A DNA stretch of 64,000 bases from an uncultured Alphaproteobacteria bacterium. Lineage in GTDB: Bacteria > Pseudomonadota > Alphaproteobacteria > Rhizobiales > Xanthobacteraceae. Under the pieces are notes generated by a model. It worked only from the letters and a program-made list of their open reading frames with translations, was not told the DNA's origin and made no database searches. Location of the stretch: the NCBI GenBank assembly GCA_963746065.1, contig CAVUZP010000001.1, forward strand, positions 1,453,564 to 1,517,563. The letters are read 5' to 3'. The position numbers and the translations under genes were made by a program. Below, piece by piece: positions 53,077 to 62,828 of the stretch. Positions within the stretch are counted from its first letter, which is position 1, and every line of letters starts with the position of its first letter.

Positions 53077-54637
53077 GGTGATGCCCCGACATCATCGCGC
53101 CGATCGCTTCCCGGCTGAACGAGCCGGCTTCCAGCTCGCCGACCAGCTTTCCCCGATAGATCACCGCAATTCGATCCGACACAGCCATGAGTTCCTCTAG
53201 CTCGCTAGATATCAGAAGCACGCCCAGACCTGCATCCCGGGCGCTGCGAATGCGGGCGTAGACGGCCTCGATGGCACCGACGTCGAGCCCCCGCGTCGGT
53301 TGAGCGGCCAGCAGGAACAAGAGTGGATCGAGCGACAACTCGCGCGCCAGGACCGCCTTCTGCTGGTTTCCGCCCGACAGGCTCGACATCGGCAGGTCCG
53401 AGTTGCTGGCGCGAACGTCGAACTGTCGCATCAACGTCTCCGCCGCCTTGCGGCGTCCCGACCGGTCAAGCATGCCGAACCGAGTGAATCTTCCGATCGA
53501 GTTGAGAAACAGGTTCTCCGCGACGGACAATTCCTTGATGCACGCCACGGCGTGGCGATCCTCCGGGACGATGCCGACCCCTGCCTGCGTGATCTGCTTC
53601 GGACTGCAGCCATTCAGGCTCTTTCCACCGACCGTAATCGATCCCGCGCTCGGCGCCAGCAGACCGGCGAGGATCGAGCCCAGCTCGGTCTGACCATTGC
53701 CTTCGACGCCCGCAATCCCGACGATCTCTCCCGCGCCAACGGCGAGAGTCATGGCATCCAGCCTGGTAACACCGTTCTGGTCACGGTATGAAAGCTCGGA
53801 AATGCGAAGCGCGGTTTCGCGGGATGCAGCGGCATCGACTGCAGACGCCGAGGCATCCGCTTTCGGCGCGTCCGATGGCTCGCTCTCCATGTCGACGGTG
53901 GCGGCAAGCACCGAACCTGCCGACGGCATGTCGCGGCCAACCATGGAGCGCACCAATGAGCGGATATCCGCGTTGTTCATCGATACCGTCTCGATGAGAC
54001 GTCCCTGCCGCAACACCGTGGTGCGATCCGCAACGCGACCGATCTCACCCAGCTTGTGAGTGACCAGGATGACCGATTTGCCATCCGCCGCCAACTTCCG
54101 GCAAATTGCCAGCAGCGCATCGATCTCGGCCGGCTGCAGAACCGCCGTCGGTTCGTCCAGCACCAGGAGCCGTGGATCGCCCAACAGGCATTTTGTCATC
54201 TCGACCCGTTGACGCTCGCCGACCGAAAGGTCCTCGATCAGCGCGTGCGGATCGAGTTCGAGGCCGTACTCCGCAGCGAGCCGCGCCATCCGTTCGATGA
54301 TGGCTTGCGGCTTCAGCACGGCGTTGGCACGACCGAGCATCAGATTCTCGGCCACGCTCATGTTGGGCACCAGGCTGAAATGCTGATGCACCATCACGAC
54401 GCCGCCTTGCAGCGCTTCCGCCGGCCTGCGCGGCTGGAACGCAACCCCTCCCAGTCTCATGGTGCCAGCATCCGGGCGGTGCACACCGAAGATCAGATTG
54501 CACAGCGTCGATTTGCCGGCACCGTTCTCGCCAAGCAAGCAGTGCACCTCGCCCTGCTCGATCCCCAGCGTGACGTTGTCGAGAGCGGTGAAGCCGCCGA
54601 ACCGCTTGGTCAAGCCAGACAGTTCGAGAAAGCCCAT
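53069..54637 (-). CDS. ABC transporter ATPase (two domains)
   Basis: GENGAGKS, LSVGERQRVE, LDEPT, LSGGNQQK and QPTRGLD. Confidence 0.93.
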   Translation of the reverse strand: MGFLELSGLTKRFGGFTALDNVTLGIEQGEVHCLLGENGAGKSTLCNLIFGVHRPDAGTMRLGGVAFQPRRPAEALQGGVVMVHQHFSLVPNMSVAENLMLGRANAVLKPQAIIERMARLAAEYGLELDPHALIEDLSVGERQRVEMTKCLLGDPRLLVLDEPTAVLQPAEIDALLAICRKLAADGKSVILVTHKLGEIGRVADRTTVLRQGRLIETVSMNNADIRSLVRSMVGRDMPSAGSVLAATVDMESEPSDAPKADASASAVDAAASRETALRISELSYRDQNGVTRLDAMTLAVGAGEIVGIAGVEGNGQTELGSILAGLLAPSAGSITVGGKSLNGCSPKQITQAGVGIVPEDRHAVACIKELSVAENLFLNSIGRFTRFGMLDRSGRRKAAETLMRQFDVRASNSDLPMSSLSGGNQQKAVLARELSLDPLLFLLAAQPTRGLDVGAIEAVYARIRSARDAGLGVLLISSELEELMAVSDRIAVIYRGKLVGELEAGSFSREAIGAMMSGHHHV

Positions 54638-54640
54638 CGG

Positions 54641-55630
54641 TCAGCCTACCTTTACCTTGATCTTGCCGGACAGCAGGTCAGCCTTGAGCTCCTTGATCTT
54701 GTCGAGGATCTCGGGCGTCGCACCGGTGCAGACATCGATATCCGCAGACTTCGGGCCCATGGCCAGACCAAACGGCTTGTATTCCGGATGCCACGTGCCC
54801 GCGACAATCTGGTCGATGGCGTACTCGACCATGAAGCCGATGCCGCTGACCGTATAGGCGATGTAAAGCGGATTCTTGTCGGCGCAGTAGTTGGAATAGC
54901 TGCCGATCATCTTGGTGCCCTTCTCGCGCGCGGCCTGCTCCATTCCGCGGACGCCGAGATTGAGGATGTTGTAATGAACATCGGCGCCCTGAGCGATCGC
55001 CGCGAGGGTCGCCTCCTTCGACTTTGCGACGTCGTCGAAGTCGCCGGTGAAATTCACGAAACATTTGGTATCGGGCTTGACGTATTTTGCCCCGTTCGCG
55101 AATTCCGTCCCGGTGTTGACAATGGCGGGGATCTCGAGGCCGCCGACATAGCTAACCGCGCCATTCTTCGACATCATGGCGGCAACGGCGCCGGCGATGA
55201 AGCCGATCTGCGCCTGCAGTACATCGTACTGGGCGACATTCTCCGTCGGCTGGCCGGTGGGGCCGACGATCGAGAATTTGATTTTCGGAAACCTCTTGGC
55301 GACTTTCAGAACGGATGCCTGGGTCTGCCCTGCCGCGCCGATCACCATGTCGTTCTTGCTGGCGAGCGAGACCAGCGCCTGTTCCATGTCCGCGAACTTC
55401 ACGTTTTCGATGTAGGTGACCTTGATCTTGTCGCCGTGGCGCTGTTCGGCGGCCTTCATGCCATTATAGGCCGACTCCATCCAGCCATGGTCGGCCTTCG
55501 ATCCCGGTATCAATATTCCTATCCGGATCGGTTTCGCCGCATCCTCGGCCAGCGCCAGGCGGCCTGACGTGCCGATGCAGATGACGGAAAGCATGCTTGT
55601 CTTGAGAAACGCGCGACGGGTGCCATCCAT
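54641..55630 (-). CDS. BMP-family substrate-binding protein (Tat-like signal)
   Basis: TRRAFLK signal, DHGWMESAYNG, FTGDFDD and IAQGADV. Confidence 0.85.
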   Translation of the reverse strand: MDGTRRAFLKTSMLSVICIGTSGRLALAEDAAKPIRIGILIPGSKADHGWMESAYNGMKAAEQRHGDKIKVTYIENVKFADMEQALVSLASKNDMVIGAAGQTQASVLKVAKRFPKIKFSIVGPTGQPTENVAQYDVLQAQIGFIAGAVAAMMSKNGAVSYVGGLEIPAIVNTGTEFANGAKYVKPDTKCFVNFTGDFDDVAKSKEATLAAIAQGADVHYNILNLGVRGMEQAAREKGTKMIGSYSNYCADKNPLYIAYTVSGIGFMVEYAIDQIVAGTWHPEYKPFGLAMGPKSADIDVCTGATPEILDKIKELKADLLSGKIKVKVG

Positions 55631-55684
55631 GATATTTCCTCCTCCTCTGATTTGTTTGTAATCTCGACCTGCCCCGGCTCCAAC

Positions 55685-57148
55685 CTATTCGGTGGCCTTT
55701 TCCGCCAGCGCCGTCACGGCATCGACGAAACACTTCATCGGAGCCTTGACGACGCCCGCTCCGATGATTCCCATCCCCGGCTCCTTGTGAGCCGTCGCCG
55801 TGTTGATGACGGGGCGCATACCCTCGTCCAGCACCTTGCGAATGTCGATGCCGACCGGCGCGCCGATGAAGTCCAGCATCGGCAGCGTGAAACCGGGATT
55901 GCGTCCTACCGCGATATGCGCCATCTCGCGCGAATAGCGCAGCGCATCCTGCGGGGTTCCGCCGACAAACTGAACCATGGCGGGTGCGGCTGCCATCGCG
56001 AAAGCGCCCAAGCCCGCCGTCTCGGTAATGGCGCTGTCGCCGATATCGGGGTTGGCGTCGGCTTCGCTGAAGCCGGGCAGGAACAGGCCGACCGGAATGT
56101 CCGCGGGGCCGACGAACCACTGCCCGTCCAATCCGCTCACCCTGATTCCCACATTGACGCCGTTTCGCGCCATCGCCGTGACGATACTGCTGGATGGCAC
56201 GCCGTGGGCGGCATCCATTGTCGCCTTGCACGCCGCCATCGAAAAGCTGAGGAAGAACATGTCGTCGGCGCCGATGGTTTTCAGCGTCATCTCGACGATG
56301 TCGGGGGATATCGACGACTGCAGCAGCGACTGCGTCACGGCGCGGTACAGCAACAGGGTTGCCGCCGTGTTGCGGTTGTGAACGTCGTCGCCCATGTGCA
56401 GCGACTGCGACATCAACGGCTTCAGCGGCAGGCCGCCGTCGATACCGGCCACGGCCGCCTTGAGGCAGGGGGCCAGCACGTTCTCGATCAATTTGAGGCC
56501 TTCAATCACCTCCGGAGCAAAGGCGCCGAAGCGCAAGGTCTTGGCACCACCGGATTCCATCATCGGTGCGTAGGCACGATTACCGGCGGTCCTGTTCGCG
56601 ACAACGAAGAGCGGCATCGAGGGCGAGATGATCCCGGTCATCGGCCCGACCGCGCCGAATTCATGACATGGCGCGAAGCGGATGCTGCCGCTCTCCACGA
56701 TCTGACGGGCCTGTTCCGGCGTCGTCGCCCAGTTCTCGTAGAGGATCGCGCCGATGACGGCTCCCTTCATGGGTCCGCACATGTCCTGCCAGGCGATCGG
56801 CGGCCCGGCATGAAGCAGGGTCCTCCCCATCTCCGGCCAGACCTCGGAGGCATGAGCCGCCACGTCAACCCAGACTGGCTCTGCATTCAGAATGCGCTCG
56901 AGAACCTCGGCATTTGCGCGATCGATGCGGGATCCCGGACAGTTGGAATCTTCGGTATCGCCGGTCAGCCGCGCAAGGTTCCACGCGGCCTCCGGGCTGC
57001 CGTCGCCAACGGGTTGCCATTGCAGACGCAGCAACGGCGCGCCGCCGTTCTCGGCTCCCTGATCGAGGCCGGAAGCGCCGAGACTGATCACGGAGGTCTT
57101 GCGATCGAGGAATGAAGGGGCTGCAGCATCCATTGTCGTCGTTCCCAC
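55685..57148 (-). CDS. DUF1116 protein (YahG/YlbE-like) with N-terminal fused small domain
   Basis: LLHAGPP, CGPMKGA, AVGPMTG, MGDDVHNRN, MARNG, DIGDSAITET and INTATAH. Confidence 0.85.
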   Translation of the reverse strand: MGTTTMDAAAPSFLDRKTSVISLGASGLDQGAENGGAPLLRLQWQPVGDGSPEAAWNLARLTGDTEDSNCPGSRIDRANAEVLERILNAEPVWVDVAAHASEVWPEMGRTLLHAGPPIAWQDMCGPMKGAVIGAILYENWATTPEQARQIVESGSIRFAPCHEFGAVGPMTGIISPSMPLFVVANRTAGNRAYAPMMESGGAKTLRFGAFAPEVIEGLKLIENVLAPCLKAAVAGIDGGLPLKPLMSQSLHMGDDVHNRNTAATLLLYRAVTQSLLQSSISPDIVEMTLKTIGADDMFFLSFSMAACKATMDAAHGVPSSSIVTAMARNGVNVGIRVSGLDGQWFVGPADIPVGLFLPGFSEADANPDIGDSAITETAGLGAFAMAAAPAMVQFVGGTPQDALRYSREMAHIAVGRNPGFTLPMLDFIGAPVGIDIRKVLDEGMRPVINTATAHKEPGMGIIGAGVVKAPMKCFVDAVTALAEKATE

Positions 57149-58728
57149 TATCCAGCGCGGCGGCTCGCGCCACCTTCACGGGACGCCACCTTGGTCGCGA
57201 TCGCGGCGGCAAGATGCGCCGCCGACGTGCTGCTTTCCAGAACCATCGCACCGGCCTCAATCAGGGCGGCCTGCTGGGCTTGAAAGGATTGCGGGTCCTG
57301 GCTGGTACCGCACACAAAGCAGACCACCAGAAGTTCTCCCCCGTTCGCCCGCGCGCGCGCCTTGGCTTCGCCGATGGCGGGGGCCACCACCTCGGCAGGG
57401 TTCGGATGGCTTCCATATCCGAGGACGATGTCGAGCACCACGCAGGCTGTCGTTGGATCCTCTGCTGCCGCGCGGAGCCGTTCCAATCGTACCCCATAGT
57501 CGATCATGGGATGGGGACGTCCCACGGTAAATTCGTCGCTGCCCAGATCCAGCGCGACATGTCCGGCATGGTCTTGGCGCTCAACCAGGCGGTCAGCGCC
57601 GGCAAGCGGTGCGTTCGACCGCGCGTGGATGCCCGCTTCGCGCCAGATCAGCTGGGCTTCGAGACAGAACGTCCCGCCCGAATAGAGGCCGCGAAGATAG
57701 CGCTGCGTTGGCGCCAGCGACGTGCAGATCATTGCTGCCAGGCTTTCGACCGCCTCGTCTCGCGCCGCCGAGCTGCCTCCCGCAAGCAAAACCGCCTTGC
57801 CGGCCGCTTCTTCAAGGGTCGAAGCATAATGGAGGTTCTTCGCCGCAAATGACGGCTCGCCACCCAGGAAGCAGACCACGACCGGCTTTCCGACTTTTCC
57901 GGCGCGATCGAGGATCCGTCTCTGGACATCGGGCGCCGGCGGCTTGGAGACGATGACGACGACCTTGGTGTCCTTGTTGTCAGACAGCAAGCTCAGCCCC
58001 TGCAGCGTCGTCAGGCCGCCGACCTCGCTGCTGACGTCATGGCTGCCAGTGCCGATCGCGTGGGATATCCCCTGGCCAAGCTGATGAATCCGGCACATCA
58101 CCTCCTGCAGTCCCGTGCCGGACGCGCCAACGAGACCGATGGCCCCTCGACGTACGACGTTGGCAAATCCGAGCGGAATGCCGTTGATGATTGCCGTTCC
58201 GCAATCCGGCCCCATCACCAGCAGCCCTTTTTGCGCGGCCACCTGCTTGACGGTCCGCTCCTGCTCCACTGCAACGTTGTCGCTGAATATCATCACGTTC
58301 AAGCCGCGGCGAAGGGCCTTCAGGGCCTCGGCCGCCGCATAGGGCCCCGGAACCGAAATCAGGGCCAGATCGGCCTCATCGGCCATCGGGACCGCCCGGA
58401 AGATCGATCGCGGCGCCGCATCCGCTGCCGGGTCGGCGGGCTTCTCCTTCGAGCCATCGCCGGCGATCAGGGAATTCACCTGCTGCAGAGCGGCCTCCAC
58501 CTGGCCATCTGAATCGCCCTCGACCACGATCATGACGTCGCCGGGCTGCGCCCGGTCGAGCGCAGGATCCATCAATGCGGCTTGCGACAGGAAATCCTTG
58601 TTGCTGCGCGTTCCCATCAGCAAGGTAACCCGCTTCGCACCGCCTTGCGCCAGCGCAAGCTGCGATATCCGCATCAAGGAAACGGAATCCTTGTATAGGT
58701 TCGCCTTGATCCTGTGTTGGATAGCCAT
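57148..58728 (-). CDS. fdrA: FdrA/YahF-like protein (SucD-like CoA-binding fold), copy 1
   Basis: YKDSVSLM, FSDNV, MGPDCGT, GASGTG, SKPP, GGTFC, GRPHPMID and GYGSHPNP. Confidence 0.85.
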   Translation of the reverse strand: MAIQHRIKANLYKDSVSLMRISQLALAQGGAKRVTLLMGTRSNKDFLSQAALMDPALDRAQPGDVMIVVEGDSDGQVEAALQQVNSLIAGDGSKEKPADPAADAAPRSIFRAVPMADEADLALISVPGPYAAAEALKALRRGLNVMIFSDNVAVEQERTVKQVAAQKGLLVMGPDCGTAIINGIPLGFANVVRRGAIGLVGASGTGLQEVMCRIHQLGQGISHAIGTGSHDVSSEVGGLTTLQGLSLLSDNKDTKVVVIVSKPPAPDVQRRILDRAGKVGKPVVVCFLGGEPSFAAKNLHYASTLEEAAGKAVLLAGGSSAARDEAVESLAAMICTSLAPTQRYLRGLYSGGTFCLEAQLIWREAGIHARSNAPLAGADRLVERQDHAGHVALDLGSDEFTVGRPHPMIDYGVRLERLRAAAEDPTTACVVLDIVLGYGSHPNPAEVVAPAIGEAKARARANGGELLVVCFVCGTSQDPQSFQAQQAALIEAGAMVLESSTSAAHLAAAIATKVASREGGASRRAG

Positions 58729-58822
58729 GTGAGTTGCCGGTCCCTTTGCTTCCCGTACGTTCGTCTTGCTGGCGTCTTCGTTCGGTCCTCCGATCCAGTC
58801 TGGTGCGACGTGAACTGGGCGT

Positions 58823-59788
58823 CTAGTGGGTCACGTGCGTGCCTGTCTCTCCTTGCAGTGCTGGCACGGCGCAGTCGAGATGACTGATGATGGCCCGCTT
58901 CCCCCCTCCTTCGAGGAAACGGATGGCGGCGTCGACCTTGGGTCCCATGCTTCCCGGCGGGAAATGCCCCTCGCGGTTATAAGCCTTGATTTCGTCAAGG
59001 CTGACCTGATCGAGGTCCTTCCGGTTGGGTTTGCCGAAATTCACCGCGACGCGCGGCACGGCCGTCAGGATCAGCAGTTCCTCGATCTTGAGGACATTGG
59101 CGATGTGCGCCGATGTCAGGTCCTTGTCGATCACCGCCGACACGCCGGTGCGAACGCCCCTGCTGTCGCGGACAACCGGAATGCCGCCCCCGCCGCCTGC
59201 AATGACGATTGTGCCGCGCTTGGCCAGCGCGTCCACAAGCGAGATATCGCAGACGTGCCTCGGCTTCGGCGACGGAACGACGTGGCGCCAGCCGCGGCCG
59301 GAATCCTCCCGCATCGCCCAATTCAGTTCGGCGCTGATTTTCTTGGCCTCTTCCTCCGTGAAGAAGGGGCCGACGAATTTGGTGGGATTGTTGAAGGCGG
59401 GATCGTCCTTGTCGACCTCGACCTGCGTCAACAGGCTGGCCACGTGTCGAGGGTTGCCCTTTTCGCGCAAGGCGTTCTCGATCGCCTGCATGAGTAGGTA
59501 GCTGATCCCGCCCTGGCTGTGCGCGACGCAGATGTCCAAGTCCATCGGCGGAATCCGGTTCATCGTCAGCATCTGACGCATCATGATTTTTCCGACGACG
59601 GGCCCGTTGCCATGCGTGATCACGAGCTCGTTGTCGAGTTGCGCCAGCGGCAGCAGCGCCTCCGCGGTCTTTTGCGCGACCTCTTTCTGCTCGTATGACG
59701 TGCCTCGAATGTCCTCCGGATGCACGGCGTTGCCTCCGATCGCAACAACGAGACGACGCGGGACGTCGTTGAGCGTGCGCATCTTCAC
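58823..59788 (-). CDS. arcC: Carbamate kinase
   Basis: VAIGGNA, THGNGP, PTKFVGP, GGGGIPV, AVIDKD and GSMGPKV. Confidence 0.92.
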   Translation of the reverse strand: MKMRTLNDVPRRLVVAIGGNAVHPEDIRGTSYEQKEVAQKTAEALLPLAQLDNELVITHGNGPVVGKIMMRQMLTMNRIPPMDLDICVAHSQGGISYLLMQAIENALREKGNPRHVASLLTQVEVDKDDPAFNNPTKFVGPFFTEEEAKKISAELNWAMREDSGRGWRHVVPSPKPRHVCDISLVDALAKRGTIVIAGGGGGIPVVRDSRGVRTGVSAVIDKDLTSAHIANVLKIEELLILTAVPRVAVNFGKPNRKDLDQVSLDEIKAYNREGHFPPGSMGPKVDAAIRFLEGGGKRAIISHLDCAVPALQGETGTHVTH

Positions 59789-61296
59789 CTCCCGGCGTTG
59801 TTGGCGATGGCGACTGCGAGTTCGCAGGCCTGGGCGTTGGACGGTGCGACGACGATATTGGCTCGCTCCAGCCTGCTGATCTGCGCCGAACGGCTCTGCG
59901 GGTCGGACTCGGTGCCGACGACAGACGCGATCAGGATCGGCCTGTCCTTGCCATGGTCGCCGATGATGTCGACCAGATGCCCCGCGGGATCGGCGTGCGC
60001 GCCATAGCCCAGCACGAGGTCGAGCAGGATCACCGAGATTTCGGGATTTGCGAGGGCAACACGCAATTCGTCGTCGCGAACGGACGGATCGATCATCGGA
60101 TGCGGTCGCCCGCGCGTGTATTCGTCATCGCCGAGGTCGATCAGCCGGTCTCGCCCGCCATTTACATCGGCGCCGAGTGTGGGGACGCCGGGAATGGCCG
60201 CGTTCGACGCCACCTTGCGGCCAGCTGAAGCAAGGATCATCTGAGCCTCGGCGCAGAGCGTGCCTCCGGCAAACAGGCCGCCGATCCTGCCCATGCTCTT
60301 CTGTCTCGAGAAACGCGACGCGATCGCTTTCGGATCGAACGACAGGCCGATTTCCCGACCTCCCAGCGCCAACTCGGCAGCGCCCTTCAGCGTCGGAGAG
60401 AAGCGCGCGTTGGACGGCAGCTCGAATTTGGACGCCCCGATGAAACAGATCGTGAATGATTTCGGGCTCCGGCCAATTCGTTCCATGACCGCCTTCGCGA
60501 CGTCCGGATGCGGCGGCTTGGAAATCAGCACGACATGGTGGGTCGCCGGATCGGAATCGAAGGCGTCGATCGCCATCAACGTCGTGATTCCACCGATCTC
60601 CTTCTTGAGATCACGGCCGCCGACGCCGATGGCGTGAGAGATGCCTCCACCGGCCTCGGAGATCAGGCAGGACGCTTCCTGCGTGCCGGTGCCGGACGCG
60701 CCGATGATTCCGATATTGCCGCGCCTGACCTGGTTGGCGAAGGCCAACGGAGCCCCACCGATGATCGCCGTCCCGCAGTCCGGCCCCATCATCAGCAAAC
60801 CCGCCTCGCGGGCCTGTTGTTTCAGCGACAATTCCTCCTCGAGCGAAACATTGTCGCTGAACATCAGGACGTGAAGACCGCGGTTCAGCGCCTTCCTGGC
60901 TTCGGCGGCAGCGAAATCACCCGGCACGGAGATCAGCGCCAGGTTGATCTCCGGATAGAGCTTCACGGCTGACGCGATGGAGTGCGGACGCCATTCGCTG
61001 CGGCCGTCTCGCTGCGTCTTGGGCTTCTCGAGCGACTTGAGAGCCTCGACGATGGCATTGCGCGCGGCAGGCTCGTTTTCCGCCTTGACCGCGATGATCA
61101 GATCGTTGCCTTTGACCTCGGCGCCCTGATCGAGCAGGCCCGCATTGCGCATGATCGCCGCGTTGGACGGCGTTCCCATCATCAGCGCGGCTTCGATGAC
61201 GCCCGCGCAGGCGGCCACTTCCCGCGACAGCCGCATCAGGGCGACTGAATCCAGATAGAATCCCTTGCGGACCTCGTTGAGGACAACGGCCGTCAT
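59785..61296 (-). CDS. fdrA: FdrA/YahF-like protein, copy 2
   Basis: YLDSVALM, FSDNV, MGPDCGT, GASGTG, SKPP, GGTLC and GRPHPMID. Confidence 0.85.
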   Translation of the reverse strand: MTAVVLNEVRKGFYLDSVALMRLSREVAACAGVIEAALMMGTPSNAAIMRNAGLLDQGAEVKGNDLIIAVKAENEPAARNAIVEALKSLEKPKTQRDGRSEWRPHSIASAVKLYPEINLALISVPGDFAAAEARKALNRGLHVLMFSDNVSLEEELSLKQQAREAGLLMMGPDCGTAIIGGAPLAFANQVRRGNIGIIGASGTGTQEASCLISEAGGGISHAIGVGGRDLKKEIGGITTLMAIDAFDSDPATHHVVLISKPPHPDVAKAVMERIGRSPKSFTICFIGASKFELPSNARFSPTLKGAAELALGGREIGLSFDPKAIASRFSRQKSMGRIGGLFAGGTLCAEAQMILASAGRKVASNAAIPGVPTLGADVNGGRDRLIDLGDDEYTRGRPHPMIDPSVRDDELRVALANPEISVILLDLVLGYGAHADPAGHLVDIIGDHGKDRPILIASVVGTESDPQSRSAQISRLERANIVVAPSNAQACELAVAIANNAGR

Positions 61297-62549
61297 GACA
61301 CACCCAAATCGCTGGCGATGGCGTGCACGGCCTGCTGGAAGCAAGCCAGCGGGGCCCTGACCACACCCGCACCTACCTGGCCTATGCCCGGCTCCCGGTG
61401 CGCAATGCCGGTGTTGATGACGGGCGCAACGTTGGAGTCGACCACGAGCCGGATGTCGATGCCCGTGGGGACGCCTGCGAAGTCCATCGCGGCGATGGTC
61501 CACTCGGGATTTTGCGCTACCGTGATCTCGCCCATCGAACGCGTGAAGCTTCCAGCCTCCGAGGGCGCTCCGGCGCCGATGAATCCGGCAACTGCGGGCG
61601 CCGCCGCCATGGCAAACCCGCCCAGGCCGACCGTCTCGACGATGGCGGAATCCCCCATGTCCGGATTGGCGTCCTTCTCGGAATAGCCGGCGAAGTAAAG
61701 GCCCTCGGGCATCTCCACCGGAGCCGTGAACCAACGCTCGCCCAGTCCGCTGACGCGGATGCCGAAATCGGTTCCGTTGCGACACATGGCCGTCACGATC
61801 GTCGACCCGCGTATTCCATTCGCCGGATCCGTCATCGCCTTGGCCATCGCCATCGCGATGTTGAGGAAGAACTGATCGTTCTGACCGATGAACGCCAGGC
61901 ACTCCGCGAGCGCGTCATTGTCGGTCGAGGTCCGCGCCATCCAGGGTGCGATCTCGCGCAGGAAAATGCTGGAACAGGCGAGATTGCGCTGGTGCATCTC
62001 GTCACCCATCGACAGCCCGCGCGCGATGATCGCCTTGAGGTCGATCCCGCCCGAGGCCCGTATCGCCTTGCCGAGCGCCGGGCCGAAGGTGTCGCGCAAC
62101 CAGGCGAGACGTCCGAGCACGGCCTCGTCATTGCCGCCGAAGCGCATGACCTTGCCGAGACCCTCGTTGATCGCGCAGTAAGCCCGATTCGAGAACCGGG
62201 TGTTCTCTACGACGAACAGCGGCATGCTCAGCGTCGTCATGCCCGTCATCGGGCCTACCGCTCCGAAGTGGTGGTTTGGATGGAATTCGATGCCGCCGCC
62301 CGCGGCAAGCTCGGTCGCGGCCCGCAGATCCGCGGCCCATCCCTCGAACACGATGGCCCCGGCCACGGCGCCGCGCATCGGGCCGCACATCCGCTCCCAG
62401 TCGATCGGCGGCCCCGCGTGAAGTACCATGCGCGGACGCAACTCCGGTATCACCCGTCCGGCAGGAACGATGTCGATCAGCCTCGGCTCGCCCTCGAGGA
62501 TCCGGCCGAGCGTCTGTTCGTTCGCATCCTCGATGAGCCTGATCGTCAT
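61293..62549 (-). CDS. ylbE: DUF1116 protein (YlbE-like), copy 2
   Basis: LHAGPP, CGPMRGA, NEGLGKVMRFG, MGDEMHQRN, DMGDSAI and INTGIAH. Confidence 0.8.
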   Translation of the reverse strand: MTIRLIEDANEQTLGRILEGEPRLIDIVPAGRVIPELRPRMVLHAGPPIDWERMCGPMRGAVAGAIVFEGWAADLRAATELAAGGGIEFHPNHHFGAVGPMTGMTTLSMPLFVVENTRFSNRAYCAINEGLGKVMRFGGNDEAVLGRLAWLRDTFGPALGKAIRASGGIDLKAIIARGLSMGDEMHQRNLACSSIFLREIAPWMARTSTDNDALAECLAFIGQNDQFFLNIAMAMAKAMTDPANGIRGSTIVTAMCRNGTDFGIRVSGLGERWFTAPVEMPEGLYFAGYSEKDANPDMGDSAIVETVGLGGFAMAAAPAVAGFIGAGAPSEAGSFTRSMGEITVAQNPEWTIAAMDFAGVPTGIDIRLVVDSNVAPVINTGIAHREPGIGQVGAGVVRAPLACFQQAVHAIASDLGVS

Positions 62550-62550
62550 C

Positions 62551-62736
62551 TCACACCCCGAGTTTGGCGAGCAGCGCCGCCATCCGGGCATCGCCGCCGG
62601 CCGACGGCTTCCAGTCGAGATGGACAACTTCGATGTTGCAGTCGCGCAGATCCTTCACGAAGCCCTCGAGCCCCACATTCACGACCTTCACGGCTTGCGT
62701 CAGCAACAGCTCGTATGGCGGCTTGTCTCGATCCAT
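62551..62736 (-). CDS. Small FdrA-associated domain protein (61 aa)
   Basis: VVNVGLEGFVKDL...VVHLDWKPSAGGDARMAALL; RBS GAGG; 2 nt from the next start. Confidence 0.75.
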   Translation of the reverse strand: MDRDKPPYELLLTQAVKVVNVGLEGFVKDLRDCNIEVVHLDWKPSAGGDARMAALLAKLGV

Positions 62737-62771
62737 CCTCGCCTCCCGCTGAACGACCCCCGTCGGGTCAA

Positions 62772-62803
62772 AAAAGTAAATAATAAAATACTTACTTTGT
62801 CAA
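62772..62803 (-). promoter_or_regulatory. AT-rich promoter/operator of the FdrA operon
   Basis: TTGACA on the minus strand at 62803-62798; inverted repeat AAAGTAA/TTACTTT. Confidence 0.5.
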
Positions 62804-62828
62804 AGCAGAAAACCGCCGCGGCCGCGAG

